This document shows positions 17,726-28,000 of a stretch of DNA of 32,000 bases, piece after piece. Source of the stretch: Candidatus Methanoperedens sp. (lineage in GTDB: Archaea > Halobacteriota > Methanosarcinia > Methanosarcinales > Methanoperedenaceae); contig JAPZAR010000007.1 in NCBI GenBank assembly GCA_027460535.1, positions 30,001 through 62,000 of the forward strand. Direction: 5' to 3'. The first letter of the stretch is position 1. Each line of letters starts with the position of its first letter. The notes under the pieces are model-generated. The model did not search any database. It worked only from the letters and a program-made list of their open reading frames with translations, and had not been told where the DNA came from. The position numbers and the translations under genes are program-made.

Positions 17726-18852
17726 CTGAGCTTTTCTATCTTGGAGTCCAGCTTTTTAATTTTCCCCTGGTAGGATTTCTTCAAGTCTTCGTATTCTTCA
17801 TCCATCAAGTTTCCTGATGTGTAGTCCTTATTCAACATGTCGAGTTTTGAGGTTATCTCATTTTTTTCATCCAGCAATTCGTCTTTTGTTTTTCCTGTGA
17901 GTTCTTCATCTTCCCCGATTTCTTCGGCAGGAATTTCCCTTGTCTCTTCGATGACTTCCTCTTCGCTGCTCTTCTCCTCCCTCTTCAGCGAATTTCTTAT
18001 TTTCTCTTCAAATGCCCGGATCTTTTCACTATTTTTCCGAAGCACTGGATATGAAAGAGCAAGCAGGATAATGATCCCAAGGATCACGTACACTGCCAGA
18101 CTTCCTGAGGAAGCAATGGCGGATCTTGAGATTTCCACATTTATTTCTTTGAATACGGGAGAATAAAACCTGTTTATGACGGAATTGCCATCCTCTGTTA
18201 CCTCCGAAGGACTGATCTTATTTCCATTTTCATCCTGGAATGAAACCGAACTCCCTTCAGGTTTCATCACTTTGATTACGATAGCTGGCAGATCCGGCCT
18301 TTGACCATATTTATAATTTATCAATGTTGGATATGCCAGCATCTTGGAATATTTTTCAACATAAGAGAGCGTTCCTCCCGGTGTCTGATCAACTTTGTAT
18401 TCCACCACGTACAGGAAGGGCAGCCGGCTATTTTGCTCGATAAAATCCTGCCAGCTTATGATATTTCCTTTCATGTCAAAAGGAAGCGGCATGAGCCCTC
18501 CTCCGGTCATCATTTCAGATCTCCCCACAGCGATTCCAGATGATCCATCCGGGATCCAGGTCCGCAGATTTCCCGAAAAATTCTCAGCGCCGTTGTTCCT
18601 GAATATCAATGTTTCCCGGACGGATAATTTATTTTCCGATTGGAAACTGACTGCATCAAGTTCTATGAGATGCTGCACTAACACGATATCCTGATCGGAT
18701 TGTGTGGTATTGGCCAGGTCTATTATCTGGCCCTGTTGTGAATTGTTATCAACAGGTGATGTTGAATTTTGTACCATTCCAGGAAATCCGTAGGCTGTGC
18801 TTATCAAAAAAGTGATCAAAAATATTGAAAGAATGTATCGTGTCTTTTTCAT
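17722..18852 (-). CDS. Secreted, single-pass membrane-anchored protein with an acidic cytoplasmic tail ending in a SHOCT-like motif
   Basis: The signal peptide is MKKTRYILSIFLITFLISTAYG. A ~230-aa ectodomain and a TM span (LAVYVILGIIILLALSYPVL) follow. The E/K-rich tail ends ...LNKDYTSGNLMDEEYEDLKKSYQGKIKKL. Confidence 0.6.
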   Translation of the reverse strand: MKKTRYILSIFLITFLISTAYGFPGMVQNSTSPVDNNSQQGQIIDLANTTQSDQDIVLVQHLIELDAVSFQSENKLSVRETLIFRNNGAENFSGNLRTWIPDGSSGIAVGRSEMMTGGGLMPLPFDMKGNIISWQDFIEQNSRLPFLYVVEYKVDQTPGGTLSYVEKYSKMLAYPTLINYKYGQRPDLPAIVIKVMKPEGSSVSFQDENGNKISPSEVTEDGNSVINRFYSPVFKEINVEISRSAIASSGSLAVYVILGIIILLALSYPVLRKNSEKIRAFEEKIRNSLKREEKSSEEEVIEETREIPAEEIGEDEELTGKTKDELLDEKNEITSKLDMLNKDYTSGNLMDEEYEDLKKSYQGKIKKLDSKIEKLS

Positions 18853-18963
18853 GTATTCACTTCTGTTTAATAAGTATTTGTGTAGATAAATTTTGTTATT
18901 ATAACACCGGTTAACGTTAAATTAATAGAACAGGACAGCACTCTTGAGGCAAGTGATTCCCAA

Positions 18964-21414
18964 ATGCTTGAAGCTTATCTGCAACATATTGCGAAAAGGC
19001 AGGAACTGGGCATTCCCCCCTTGCCTTTAAATGCCGAACAGGCCAGGGCTCTTTCAAATCTGGTTTTTGATCCCCCATCCGGATATGAAAAACTTGTATT
19101 AAAACTGCTTAAGGATAACATTCCTCCAGGCGTAGATCCCGCAGCGCTTGAAAAAGCAAAACTTTTGAGACTCATTGCACTGGGCGAGCGGCGATCAGTG
19201 ATAGTCTCTCCCCGAGATGCCGTTGAGATGCTGGGCATGATGAAGGGTGGATACAATCTTGAGACGCTTATCGAATTGCTCGAGGATGATGAACTCGGCG
19301 AAACAGCGGCTCTTGCTCTCTCCAACACGATCCTTGTGTTTGGGTTCTTTGATAAAATAAAGGAGCTTTCGCATACGAATAACCGCGCCATGAAGGTTCT
19401 AGAGAGCTGGGCAAGGGCAGACTGGTTCATGTGTAAATCCGGATTTCCTGACTTTTTTAAGGTAACGGTATTCAAGGTGCAGGGCGAGGTCAATACAGAT
19501 GATCTTTCTCCCGCATCGCACGCGGGCACGCGCCCCGACATACCCCTTCATGCCCTTTCCATGCTTGAATCCCTTTATCCGAAAGCGCTTCCGGAAATAA
19601 GTGAACTCAAAAAGAAGGGGCACCCTGTGGCTTTTGTTGCTGACGTTGTTGGAACAGGAAGCAGCAGGAAATCGGCCATGAACTCTCTTCTTTGGTGGAT
19701 CGGCAAGGATATTCCCGGGGTCCCGAACAAAAGAAACGGAGGGGTGATAATCGGAGGCCAGATAGCCCCGATTTTCTTTAACACGGCGCGCGACAGCGGC
19801 GCCATTCCAATAAGGTGCGAGGTGTCGGCATTGAAAACCGGCATGGTGATCACGATTGATTTTTCGAAGGGGAGGATACTTGATGAAAAATCGCAAGAGA
19901 TCGTAAAATTTAATCTTGAGCCGGAGACACTGCCCGATGAATACAGGGCAGGGGGGAGGCTTGCGCTGATAATTGGAAAGGACCTGACCCGGAAGGCACA
20001 GGAAGCGACAGGAAAGCTATACGAGGTGTTCATTAAACCCAAGGAACCTGAGCCCTCAGAAAAAGGTTACACCCTTGCCCAGAAAATCGTGGGCAGGGCA
20101 TGCGGACTGGATGGTGTTCGGCCTGGTCAATCATGTCTCCCCAAGATCACAACCGTAGGTTCCCAGGACACTACAGGCCCCATGACCGCAGATGAGATAA
20201 TGGAGCTTGTCTGCCTCGAATTCGAAGCACCTTTAGTCATGCAGTCCTTCTGCCATACCGCAGCCTACCCCACACAGGAGGACAGGATGATGCACATTGA
20301 ACTTGCCCGATTTTTCAGGGAAAGGGGCGGCGTTGTGCTGAGACCCGGGGACGGAATTATCCATTCCTGGCTGAACCGGATGATCCTTCCTGACACCGTG
20401 GGGACGGGAGGCGATAGTCACACCCGTTTCCCGATAGGGATATCTTTTCCCGCTGGAAGCGGTCTTGTGGCATTTGCCGCTGCTCTTGGCATAATGCCAC
20501 TGGATATGCCCCAAAGTGTGCTTGTCCGGTTCAGGGGAAAACTCAGGAAAGGTATTTTTCTGCGCGATGCCGTCAATGCCATACCGTATTTTGCAGAAAA
20601 GCATGGGAAACTTACGATAGAAAAAAAGAATAAAAAGAATGTCTTCAATGGCAGGATAATTGAGATGGAAGGTATTCCCGATCTCACTGTGGAGCAGGCA
20701 TTTGAACTCACGGATGCCTCCGCCGAGCGCTCAGCCGAAGCTGCAGTAATAGCCCTGTCAAAAGAGCAGGTTTCCCGATTCCTGAGAACCGATATTTCCA
20801 TTCTAGGATCGCTCTTGAGCGAGGGGTACACATCGGCAGCACTGGAGAAGAGGATTCTTGCGATGGAGGAGTGGCTGACCAATCCGGTTCTTTTGGAGAA
20901 AGATGCGGATGCAGAGTACGCAGATATCCTGGAAATCGACCTGTCTGAGATAATCGAACCCCTTATCGCATGTCCCAACGACCCGGATCACATAAAACCT
21001 CTCTCAAAGGTCGGGGGGGAAAAAATCGACGAGGTTTTCATAGGTTCATGTATGACCGGTCTTGATCATTTCCAGAAAGCAGCCGCATTGATCTACAGGG
21101 AGGGTAGGATTTCATCAAAACTGTGGATAGCCCCGCCAACAAGGCTCGTTGAAAAGCGGCTGAAAGAGAATGGAGATTATGAGAGATTGAAAGGACTCGG
21201 GGCGAGGATGGAGATCCCTGGATGCAGCCTGTGCATGGGCAATCAGGCAAGAGTGGCTGATAATTCAGTCGTGTTCTCAACGAGCACCCGCAACTTTGAC
21301 AACCGTATGGGTAAGAATGCAAAGGTTTATCTCGGGTCAGCGGAACTTGCCGCAATAACCGCTGCGCTTGGAAGGATTCCTTCACCTGGGGAGTATTTCG
21401 ACCTGTTAAAATAG
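18964..21414 (+). CDS. acnB: Aconitate hydratase, AcnB type (aconitase 2 / 2-methylisocitrate dehydratase family)
   Basis: The N-terminus MLEAYLQHIAKRQELGIPPLPLNAEQARALSNLV...IPPGVDPAA is collinear with my recollection of the E. coli AcnB N-terminus (MLEEYRKHVAERAAEGIAPKPLDANQMAAL...VPPGVDEAA). Fe-S ligand contexts are IGSCMTG and PGCSLCMGNQARV. Length 816 aa. Confidence 0.8.
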   Translation: MLEAYLQHIAKRQELGIPPLPLNAEQARALSNLVFDPPSGYEKLVLKLLKDNIPPGVDPAALEKAKLLRLIALGERRSVIVSPRDAVEMLGMMKGGYNLETLIELLEDDELGETAALALSNTILVFGFFDKIKELSHTNNRAMKVLESWARADWFMCKSGFPDFFKVTVFKVQGEVNTDDLSPASHAGTRPDIPLHALSMLESLYPKALPEISELKKKGHPVAFVADVVGTGSSRKSAMNSLLWWIGKDIPGVPNKRNGGVIIGGQIAPIFFNTARDSGAIPIRCEVSALKTGMVITIDFSKGRILDEKSQEIVKFNLEPETLPDEYRAGGRLALIIGKDLTRKAQEATGKLYEVFIKPKEPEPSEKGYTLAQKIVGRACGLDGVRPGQSCLPKITTVGSQDTTGPMTADEIMELVCLEFEAPLVMQSFCHTAAYPTQEDRMMHIELARFFRERGGVVLRPGDGIIHSWLNRMILPDTVGTGGDSHTRFPIGISFPAGSGLVAFAAALGIMPLDMPQSVLVRFRGKLRKGIFLRDAVNAIPYFAEKHGKLTIEKKNKKNVFNGRIIEMEGIPDLTVEQAFELTDASAERSAEAAVIALSKEQVSRFLRTDISILGSLLSEGYTSAALEKRILAMEEWLTNPVLLEKDADAEYADILEIDLSEIIEPLIACPNDPDHIKPLSKVGGEKIDEVFIGSCMTGLDHFQKAAALIYREGRISSKLWIAPPTRLVEKRLKENGDYERLKGLGARMEIPGCSLCMGNQARVADNSVVFSTSTRNFDNRMGKNAKVYLGSAELAAITAALGRIPSPGEYFDLLK

Positions 21415-21491
21415 ATAATAATATTTTAATAGTTATCTTGTATCAACTTAAACTATATATAAGAGTAATAATTAATTATATATTAATATTT

Positions 21492-22439
21492 ATGGAGACC
21501 GTGGTATCGAGCAGTGCTGCTCTTCAACGCAAGATAAAAATTCAAAATGGTCTTTCTAAAAGTCGAAATATGGCATACGGCAAAAGGGATATCTCATTGA
21601 TAACAGGTGCGGCTTTTGAATTAGCCGATAAACTCAATGCTTCAGCCATTATTACCTTTTCTGAGGAGATCCCTAAAGTTCCCGCCCATATCCCCGTGCT
21701 TGTTTTTACCGGTCGAAAGTTGACAATGGTAAATGAGTTTACAAGGTGTATTGAGGAAAACGATAAAAATATTTATGAGAGGATGCAGGACAGGACAAAA
21801 AGCGCCGCTGAAGATGTGAGCGACGCGAGCGTGATCGCTTTTATCAATAATCTACTCGACACCAAAGGTTTAGTCGTTGGAATTACAAGGATGAAAGACA
21901 ACGATTCTATAATAATCTACGATCTCTCAACAAACAAGGCAATGAAAAAACTCATGGAATGTACAGAAAGTGCAGAGGCTCCGGTGTTGCGTGCTGTCTT
22001 GAATGTCTCTCTTCAGATAGCCTTCCAGGGAAGGGAAGGCAAGCCCTTCGGATCCGCTTTTATAATTGGTGATTCAGATGAGGTCTTGCGGCGTTCACAT
22101 CAACTTGTGCTCAATCCTTTTGAGGGACAGTCAAAAGATAACTGCGACATAGTCAACCCCAAAAGCTGGGAAACTGTTAAAAGTTTTGCCCAGTTGGATG
22201 GAGTTTTTGTGATCACGGGGGCTGGAATAATCCGGGCGGCAGGGAGATATCTTGATATCAATGCAAAGGACCTTCCGGTCGAAAAAGGTTTAGGGGGAAG
22301 ACATGCTTCCGCAGCGGCCATCACGCGGGATACTGAAACGATAGCGATAACGGTTTCTACCAGCGGAGGTATTATCAGGGTCTTCAAGGATGGAATGGAA
22401 ATGGTTAAGATTGAACCGGACATCATGCTGATACAGTGA
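21492..22439 (+). CDS. DisA_N/DAC-domain protein, DacZ-like (putative diadenylate cyclase)
   Basis: The C-terminal DAC-like blocks are GSAFIIGDSDEVL, QLDGVFVITGAGIIRAAGRYL and GLGGRHASAAAITRDTETIAITVSTSGGIIRVFKDG. The N-terminal part (ITGAAFELADKLNASAIITFSEE) resembles a pyruvate-kinase-C-like domain. The track ORF starts at TTG 21438, and the first ATG is 21492, just after the AT-rich TATA-like run CTATATATAAG. Confidence 0.6.
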   Translation: METVVSSSAALQRKIKIQNGLSKSRNMAYGKRDISLITGAAFELADKLNASAIITFSEEIPKVPAHIPVLVFTGRKLTMVNEFTRCIEENDKNIYERMQDRTKSAAEDVSDASVIAFINNLLDTKGLVVGITRMKDNDSIIIYDLSTNKAMKKLMECTESAEAPVLRAVLNVSLQIAFQGREGKPFGSAFIIGDSDEVLRRSHQLVLNPFEGQSKDNCDIVNPKSWETVKSFAQLDGVFVITGAGIIRAAGRYLDINAKDLPVEKGLGGRHASAAAITRDTETIAITVSTSGGIIRVFKDGMEMVKIEPDIMLIQ

Positions 22440-23128
22440 TGAAGTCTCGTTTGATCATGATTTTGCTTGCCGTTCTTTTCGCAGGATGCGTTAACCCGGA
22501 GTTCAAGGCCGGAACCCCTGGCGAATATGAACTCCCCGGCCTCAACAATACAACTATTTTTTATGCAAACATTTCATCAGTGCAGGTTGTGGATAATGTG
22601 ATCAACGTAACATCGGTCAGATTCCCCATCGGGGAAACCGGCGAAATGACCTTCGAAAATCCTGTTGCAGTGGATTATTCAGGGAAGAACATCAGTTTTA
22701 ATGTCTCAAAGGAAACCATCCTTGGACGGAGTTATGCAAATTTTGATTTCAAATATCCTTTCTCAGGATTCGTGGCATTTTCCCAGCCCGATGGCCAGGA
22801 TTTCACACGCATGCTCACAAAAAATGGAAGCGTCCGCATCGTCCTGCCAGTGAATTACACCACAGGTTCAAGGTTCCTTGGTATTGCATATCCAGAACCG
22901 GATAACATCACCCGGGATGCATCGGGAAGGGAGGTGCTTATCTGGAAAAATCCGTATCCCGAGCATACATCAATATCTGTAAAGTATTACGATAAAACTG
23001 CTCCAGCAATGCTTATCTATCTTTTTGTTCTCCTTATCCTGGCAGCGACAATGGCTATGGGTTATAATTATCTGACCCTTCGTTCCCTGAAGAAAAAACG
23101 CGAACGTATGGAAAAGGGTATTAAGTAA
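22436..23128 (+). CDS. Lipoprotein-like extracytoplasmic protein with a C-terminal TM anchor
   Basis: The N-terminus is MMKSRLIMILLAVLFAGC (lipobox-like). The C-terminal TM span MLIYLFVLLILAATMAMGY is followed by a basic tail. The ectodomain carries several N-x-S/T sequons. Its start overlaps the DAC gene stop (GTGATGA). Confidence 0.6.
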   Translation: MMKSRLIMILLAVLFAGCVNPEFKAGTPGEYELPGLNNTTIFYANISSVQVVDNVINVTSVRFPIGETGEMTFENPVAVDYSGKNISFNVSKETILGRSYANFDFKYPFSGFVAFSQPDGQDFTRMLTKNGSVRIVLPVNYTTGSRFLGIAYPEPDNITRDASGREVLIWKNPYPEHTSISVKYYDKTAPAMLIYLFVLLILAATMAMGYNYLTLRSLKKKRERMEKGIK

Positions 23129-23130
23129 CC

Positions 23131-23169
23131 TTATTTAAAAAAGAAAAAAATGGCTTGCCTAGGGCAAGC
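23131..23169 (-). terminator. Hairpin plus T-run between convergent genes (intrinsic-terminator-like)
   Basis: A perfect 7-bp stem, GCTTGCC (23153-23159) and GGCAAGC (23163-23169), has a 3-nt loop. Read on the minus strand it is followed by CATTTTTTTCTTTTTT. It lies 13 nt after the stop of the 23182-24771 gene. Confidence 0.5.
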
Positions 23170-23181
23170 ATTTCATCCTGT

Positions 23182-24771
23182 TCATTCATCGAGTATTGCT
23201 TCTGCGGTCTCTCGGTATGCGTTCATCACATAAGGTATACCTGAGATTTTTGAGGCTTCCTCGGTAAGTGCCATGACATCCTGGCGCCCGATAGCAGAGA
23301 CCCTGAACCTTCGTGAGCCTGCCATGAGCTGCTGCAATCCTGTCCTGAACTTCTGTGCATAGGTGTAAACGCCAACTGCTCCCAGCGGGATGTTCTTTAT
23401 GTCGTTCCCGAAGCGCTGGGCAAGTTCCTCATAGCAAACGAATATCTCCTCTGGCCTGGATCCGAACTCTGAAACCGTCTTTGGCAGGTCTCCGTCCTTT
23501 ATCCATTGACCGATGTTCTTGCCTACGAACCCGGGTATCATCAATGCCCTTCCCATGCATGCGGCCTTAAAGTATGGCGCGCCCATTGCGAGTGCTTTGT
23601 ACACGCCGTCCTCGCTTGAGAACCCTCCCGCCATGGCAAGGTCTGGTACTCTCATTCCCTTTTTGCTCAATTTTTCTGCGAACTCATACATCAGCGACTG
23701 GAAATAAAACGTCGGAATGCCCCACTCTTCCATCATTGGCCATGGACTCATGCCCGTTCCTCCCGGCGCGCCGTCGCATGTCAGGAGGTCTATTTTCGCC
23801 TCCGAGCAGTATTTCATTGCCATTGCGGCTTCTACCATGGAATAAGCACCTGTCTTCAATGTGACCCGCTTGAATCCCAGGTCGCGGAGACGGTCAACCT
23901 CTGCAAAGAAACCTTCTTTTGTGACAAAGCCAAGCCTGGAATGGCGCTCGAACTCTTTTATAGCCCCATCTTTATAAGCTGTTTTTATGGCAGGCTCTTC
24001 GGGGTCTGGTGTAACGATATATCCTCTTTTCTTAAGTTCTACTGCCCGTTCTATTGTATTTACCTTTATCTCACCGCCGATGCATTTTGCACCCTGGCCC
24101 CATTTGAGCTCTATTGTATCCAGGTCATGCTTGGATGAGACATATTCAGCCACGCCGAGCCTTGTATCTTCAACGTTCATCTGAACGAGGATCTCACCAA
24201 AACCTTCATGATATTTCTTGTATGTGGTGATCCTCCGATCCATCTCTGGTGATTTTTTTATCTTGTGGCTGCTGTCAAGTACAAGTCCGGGATCGATGCC
24301 ACACACGTTCTCTCCGCACACAAGCGTGATACCCGAGATCGCCGCGCCTACTGCAAAGTGTTCCCAGTTCTTTCTTGCGATTTCAGTCGAACCGAGGGCA
24401 CCTGTGAAGATCGGCAGTTTCATGCGAACCTTCTTGTCCCAGCCGTATTCGGTCTCCGTGTCCACTCTCGGGAAGATCGCAGTATCAGGATTTGCTTCCT
24501 CGCCTTCAGGAAGTCCCCATGCTCCTACTGCATAGCCCTGTATGTTCAGATGCGAGTAATCTACCGGGTAGTTTTTGTCTGCGCCCGCAGTTATTGTCCC
24601 GAAGGGACCCGGATATATGACTTCGCGTCCCCGGAACGAGGATTTGAATATCTCGCAGTTCCCGCGGCATCCGTCTAAACACCGGGTGCATATCCCTGAC
24701 ATGGGAGAGACACTCTTTGAGCGATTATAGGTTTGCGTCGCCTCATTCGCATTTGGTTGTCTAAGATTCAT
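23182..24771 (-). CDS. FMN-binding glutamate synthase family protein (GltB domain-2-like)
   Basis: The TIM-barrel FMN-region motifs are CDGAPGGTGMSP and MAGGFSSEDGVYKALAMGA. The N-terminal Cys cluster is CTRCLDGCRGNCEIF. AGGAGG lies upstream of the ATG. Length 529 aa. Confidence 0.75.
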   Translation of the reverse strand: MNLRQPNANEATQTYNRSKSVSPMSGICTRCLDGCRGNCEIFKSSFRGREVIYPGPFGTITAGADKNYPVDYSHLNIQGYAVGAWGLPEGEEANPDTAIFPRVDTETEYGWDKKVRMKLPIFTGALGSTEIARKNWEHFAVGAAISGITLVCGENVCGIDPGLVLDSSHKIKKSPEMDRRITTYKKYHEGFGEILVQMNVEDTRLGVAEYVSSKHDLDTIELKWGQGAKCIGGEIKVNTIERAVELKKRGYIVTPDPEEPAIKTAYKDGAIKEFERHSRLGFVTKEGFFAEVDRLRDLGFKRVTLKTGAYSMVEAAMAMKYCSEAKIDLLTCDGAPGGTGMSPWPMMEEWGIPTFYFQSLMYEFAEKLSKKGMRVPDLAMAGGFSSEDGVYKALAMGAPYFKAACMGRALMIPGFVGKNIGQWIKDGDLPKTVSEFGSRPEEIFVCYEELAQRFGNDIKNIPLGAVGVYTYAQKFRTGLQQLMAGSRRFRVSAIGRQDVMALTEEASKISGIPYVMNAYRETAEAILDE

Positions 24772-25069
24772 GTTGCCTCCTGATTGAAAGAAGTATCTAT
24801 GGTTGCTCTTCTTCTACATTGTAAACAAGTTGTGCGTGGTTGGTCACGCTCGGAAGCGGAAGGTAGCTTCCTTTATTTAAATATTGCGAAATCGATTCCA
24901 GGAAAAATTATGCGCTTCTCATCATTGGTTACTTTTGTATGCTCTTGGTCAATGTGAAGATAATTTTCAGCAGGTTCAAAGTTTGTTTGTTTGCTTTATT
25001 TCTTCCACAGCATTAATAAAATCCTCAAATTCCAATACAAATTAGAATGATTGCATTTCGAACCGTGGT

Positions 25070-28000
25070 TTATTTTCTTCTTGACAGTAGCGCTGAAAAT
25101 GTCGATGCAATAGCCAGGATGATGTCAAATCCCGGTATACCCTTGTCAATCGGAAGGGCAGCAGAAGGTGCGGTTGATGTGGCTGAAATTACCGGTTTGG
25201 CAGGGGTTATAGATGATACAGCTTCACCTTTCAATCCAGTTATTGCAAATGGCGAGAAGGCGTTCGTTTTTGCCTCGTAATATGTATACATATTGTCTTT
25301 AGTGATCTCTGCTGTTTCCAGCTGATCCCATTTGCTCCCGTCCCACCTCATGAGTCTGATATACGTGTCTGCGTTCTCGCTGATCCATGAATTCTCGACC
25401 CTGAACCTTATTATTGCCTCCTTTATATTCTTCGGAACGGCAAACATGTATGTTCCAACCCAGATATTGATGTTCTTGTAGACTAAACCCGACGCAGGGT
25501 TTCTCACGAGCGTGGACGTGTTCCGTAGAACTTCGACCGCCGCATTGATCTCCCCGGCACTGATATTACCCGTTATGTTGAGAAACATTATCGGATTGCT
25601 CCCATTGGTGAAAGCATAGGGCGTCACCATATCCTTAAAAATGAACAGGTCGTAATTCTCCTTCACCACGATATTCTTGAAGTCTTCACCCGAAGGGCCC
25701 CCTCCACCGCCACCTCCCCCACCGCCACCGCCGCCCGAGGATTTCTGTTGGGGTGGAACGAATATTTCTCCAGCAATCGCAAACTCGCTTAATGTCGTCA
25801 GGTTCGCCCACACGAAATTATTTACGGTATCTACACCCGCATCGTTCACATAGGGGTAAGATCCAGCGCCAGAGAGTTTATCCCAACTCGATGATGTAAT
25901 ATTCCATCTATATAATCGAAGTGAACTCTCAACAAAAGAACTTATCTCGGTATCAGTATAATTTACGCTGATGACCACATAGGACAGGTTGCTTTTTATG
26001 CTGTCACTTGCGTTTATATATACATATATGCCGGGATTTGTGATATTCAGTTCCTCCGAGGTAATATTTACTCGGGATTGGGAGATGTTTATTGCGCCAT
26101 CGCTTGTGTTATTGGTGAACAAACGCAGGGTGGTGTTGGACAGGGGAGCACTGACAACTGTTGAATTATTTGCCTGAGCAACCACACTTACATTATTTGT
26201 AATGAATGCAGTAGCAAATTGTATTCTTTGAGTGCTGTTTGTATTCCCTGTGGTATCGTTTGCGAGTATGGTTACATTGAAGCGACCGTATTGTGCTGTA
26301 TCGGTGAAATTATAATAGAATAAACTGCCACCACCCACGTTCATGCCATAATTTATTGAAGAACCGTTTGGATACGTCACCCGTGCAAACACTTCACTTT
26401 GATTCACAGGCGACACTGTATCGAGCGAGGTGATATTAGCCGAGATATTTGTAAAGCTGCTTACGTTTATGAACTGAGATGACACAATGACATCAGTTAC
26501 TGATGGTGGTGTGTTGTCAATGGAAACATTGATTTGCACACTGTTATTTATGTTTCCTGCATTGTCAAAGAAGGTCACATTCAATGAATAATTGCCGTCG
26601 GGTACGAATTTGTCAAAGGTTACATTGCTCTTCCAGAAACCGGATAAATTGGTGAGTTCGATAATTCCCGTATTATTAATAATGGATGCATTTACGGATC
26701 CATTCCTCAATCCTGCTAAATTATCTGAGGCTGAAACATTGCACTTTATGATGCTGCCGTTGTTTGCAGCGTTTCCTCGCTGATAGGATGCGGGGTTTAT
26801 GTGAACTTGAGGTGGCGTATTGTCCACGATCACGGAGAGCTGCACGCTATTGTTCACATTGCTCACATTATCGTAGGCTGTAATATTGAGAAGATAGAAG
26901 CTGTCGCTTGTATTGATAATGACACTGCTGTTTATCCAGAATCCCAAAACGTTTGCGAGGAAAACAGTTGCAATGGATGAATTAAGTGGAAAGGCATTTA
27001 CGCTGGCGTTCCTGATGCCAAAGCCCATATCTCTTATTGTGCCATTGAGGGTGATGACCGTGCCGTTCCTGGCTGCACCCAGTCCCCCCTGGTATCCAGT
27101 GGGGTTTGCGGTTACAATGGGTGGAGATGTGACCGCAGCATAAGCATCGATCCTGCCGGCGCCGTAGTCATTGTCCTTTCCGGGGCTGCCAACGTCCACA
27201 GATGTGTTTTCAAGGATGGATTTTACCTGGGCCGGTGAAAGTGTTGAACCGACTCTTCGTGCGGTCTGCAGTATGAGCGCAGCAGTGCCAGAAACATGTG
27301 GAGTTGCCATGGAGGTGCCTGAATAAGCGTTTGTGTATCCAGATGAGTTTAGACGAAGTGAGTTAATACTTACACCCGGTGCGCTGACGTCTGGTTTTGT
27401 TAAAACTTCTCCATCGACGGTAATCGGCCCTCTGCTGCTGAAATATGCAATTACGTCAGAACCATCCACAGCCCCGACGGCAATTACATTTTTTTCGCCT
27501 GCAGGAAAGTTTATAGTGTCAGCAGAAGGACCATCATTTCCAGCGGCTGCAACAACCACCACGCCTGAGCTTATTGCATTATTAACCGCTGTGGTTATTA
27601 CCGGATCGCGATCGCCCCCAAGAGAGAGGCTGATTATATTGGCCCCATTATCCACAGACCACTGGATAGCGTTTATTATATAGCTTACATTGCATCCCCC
27701 TGCGCTGTCACAAACTTTTGCGGCAAGGATGCTTACGTTAGGAGCAACACCCGTAGTCGTTCCAGCGCTCCCGTTTCCTCCGACAGTGCCGGCGACATGC
27801 GTCCCGTGGCCGTTATCGTCATAAGGTGAAACACCGCCATTCACATAATCCACCCATTTCAAAACCCGCCCTGCGATGTCCGGGTGTGAAGCGTACACCC
27901 CGGTATCGATAACTGAAACATTTATGCCGCTGCCGTCAATCCCGAGCCCCCAGACCTTCGTGGCATTTATGCGGGTTATATTAGGGGTTGCATTATCAAT

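Noticed and set aside
24852-24871. Hairpin GGAAGC-N8-GCTTCC next to TTTATTTAAATATT, upstream of the GltB-like gene
   Set aside because: This could be a TATA box plus a regulatory hairpin. However, it lies ~100 nt from the start codon with no transcription start data, so it is not supportable from sequence alone.
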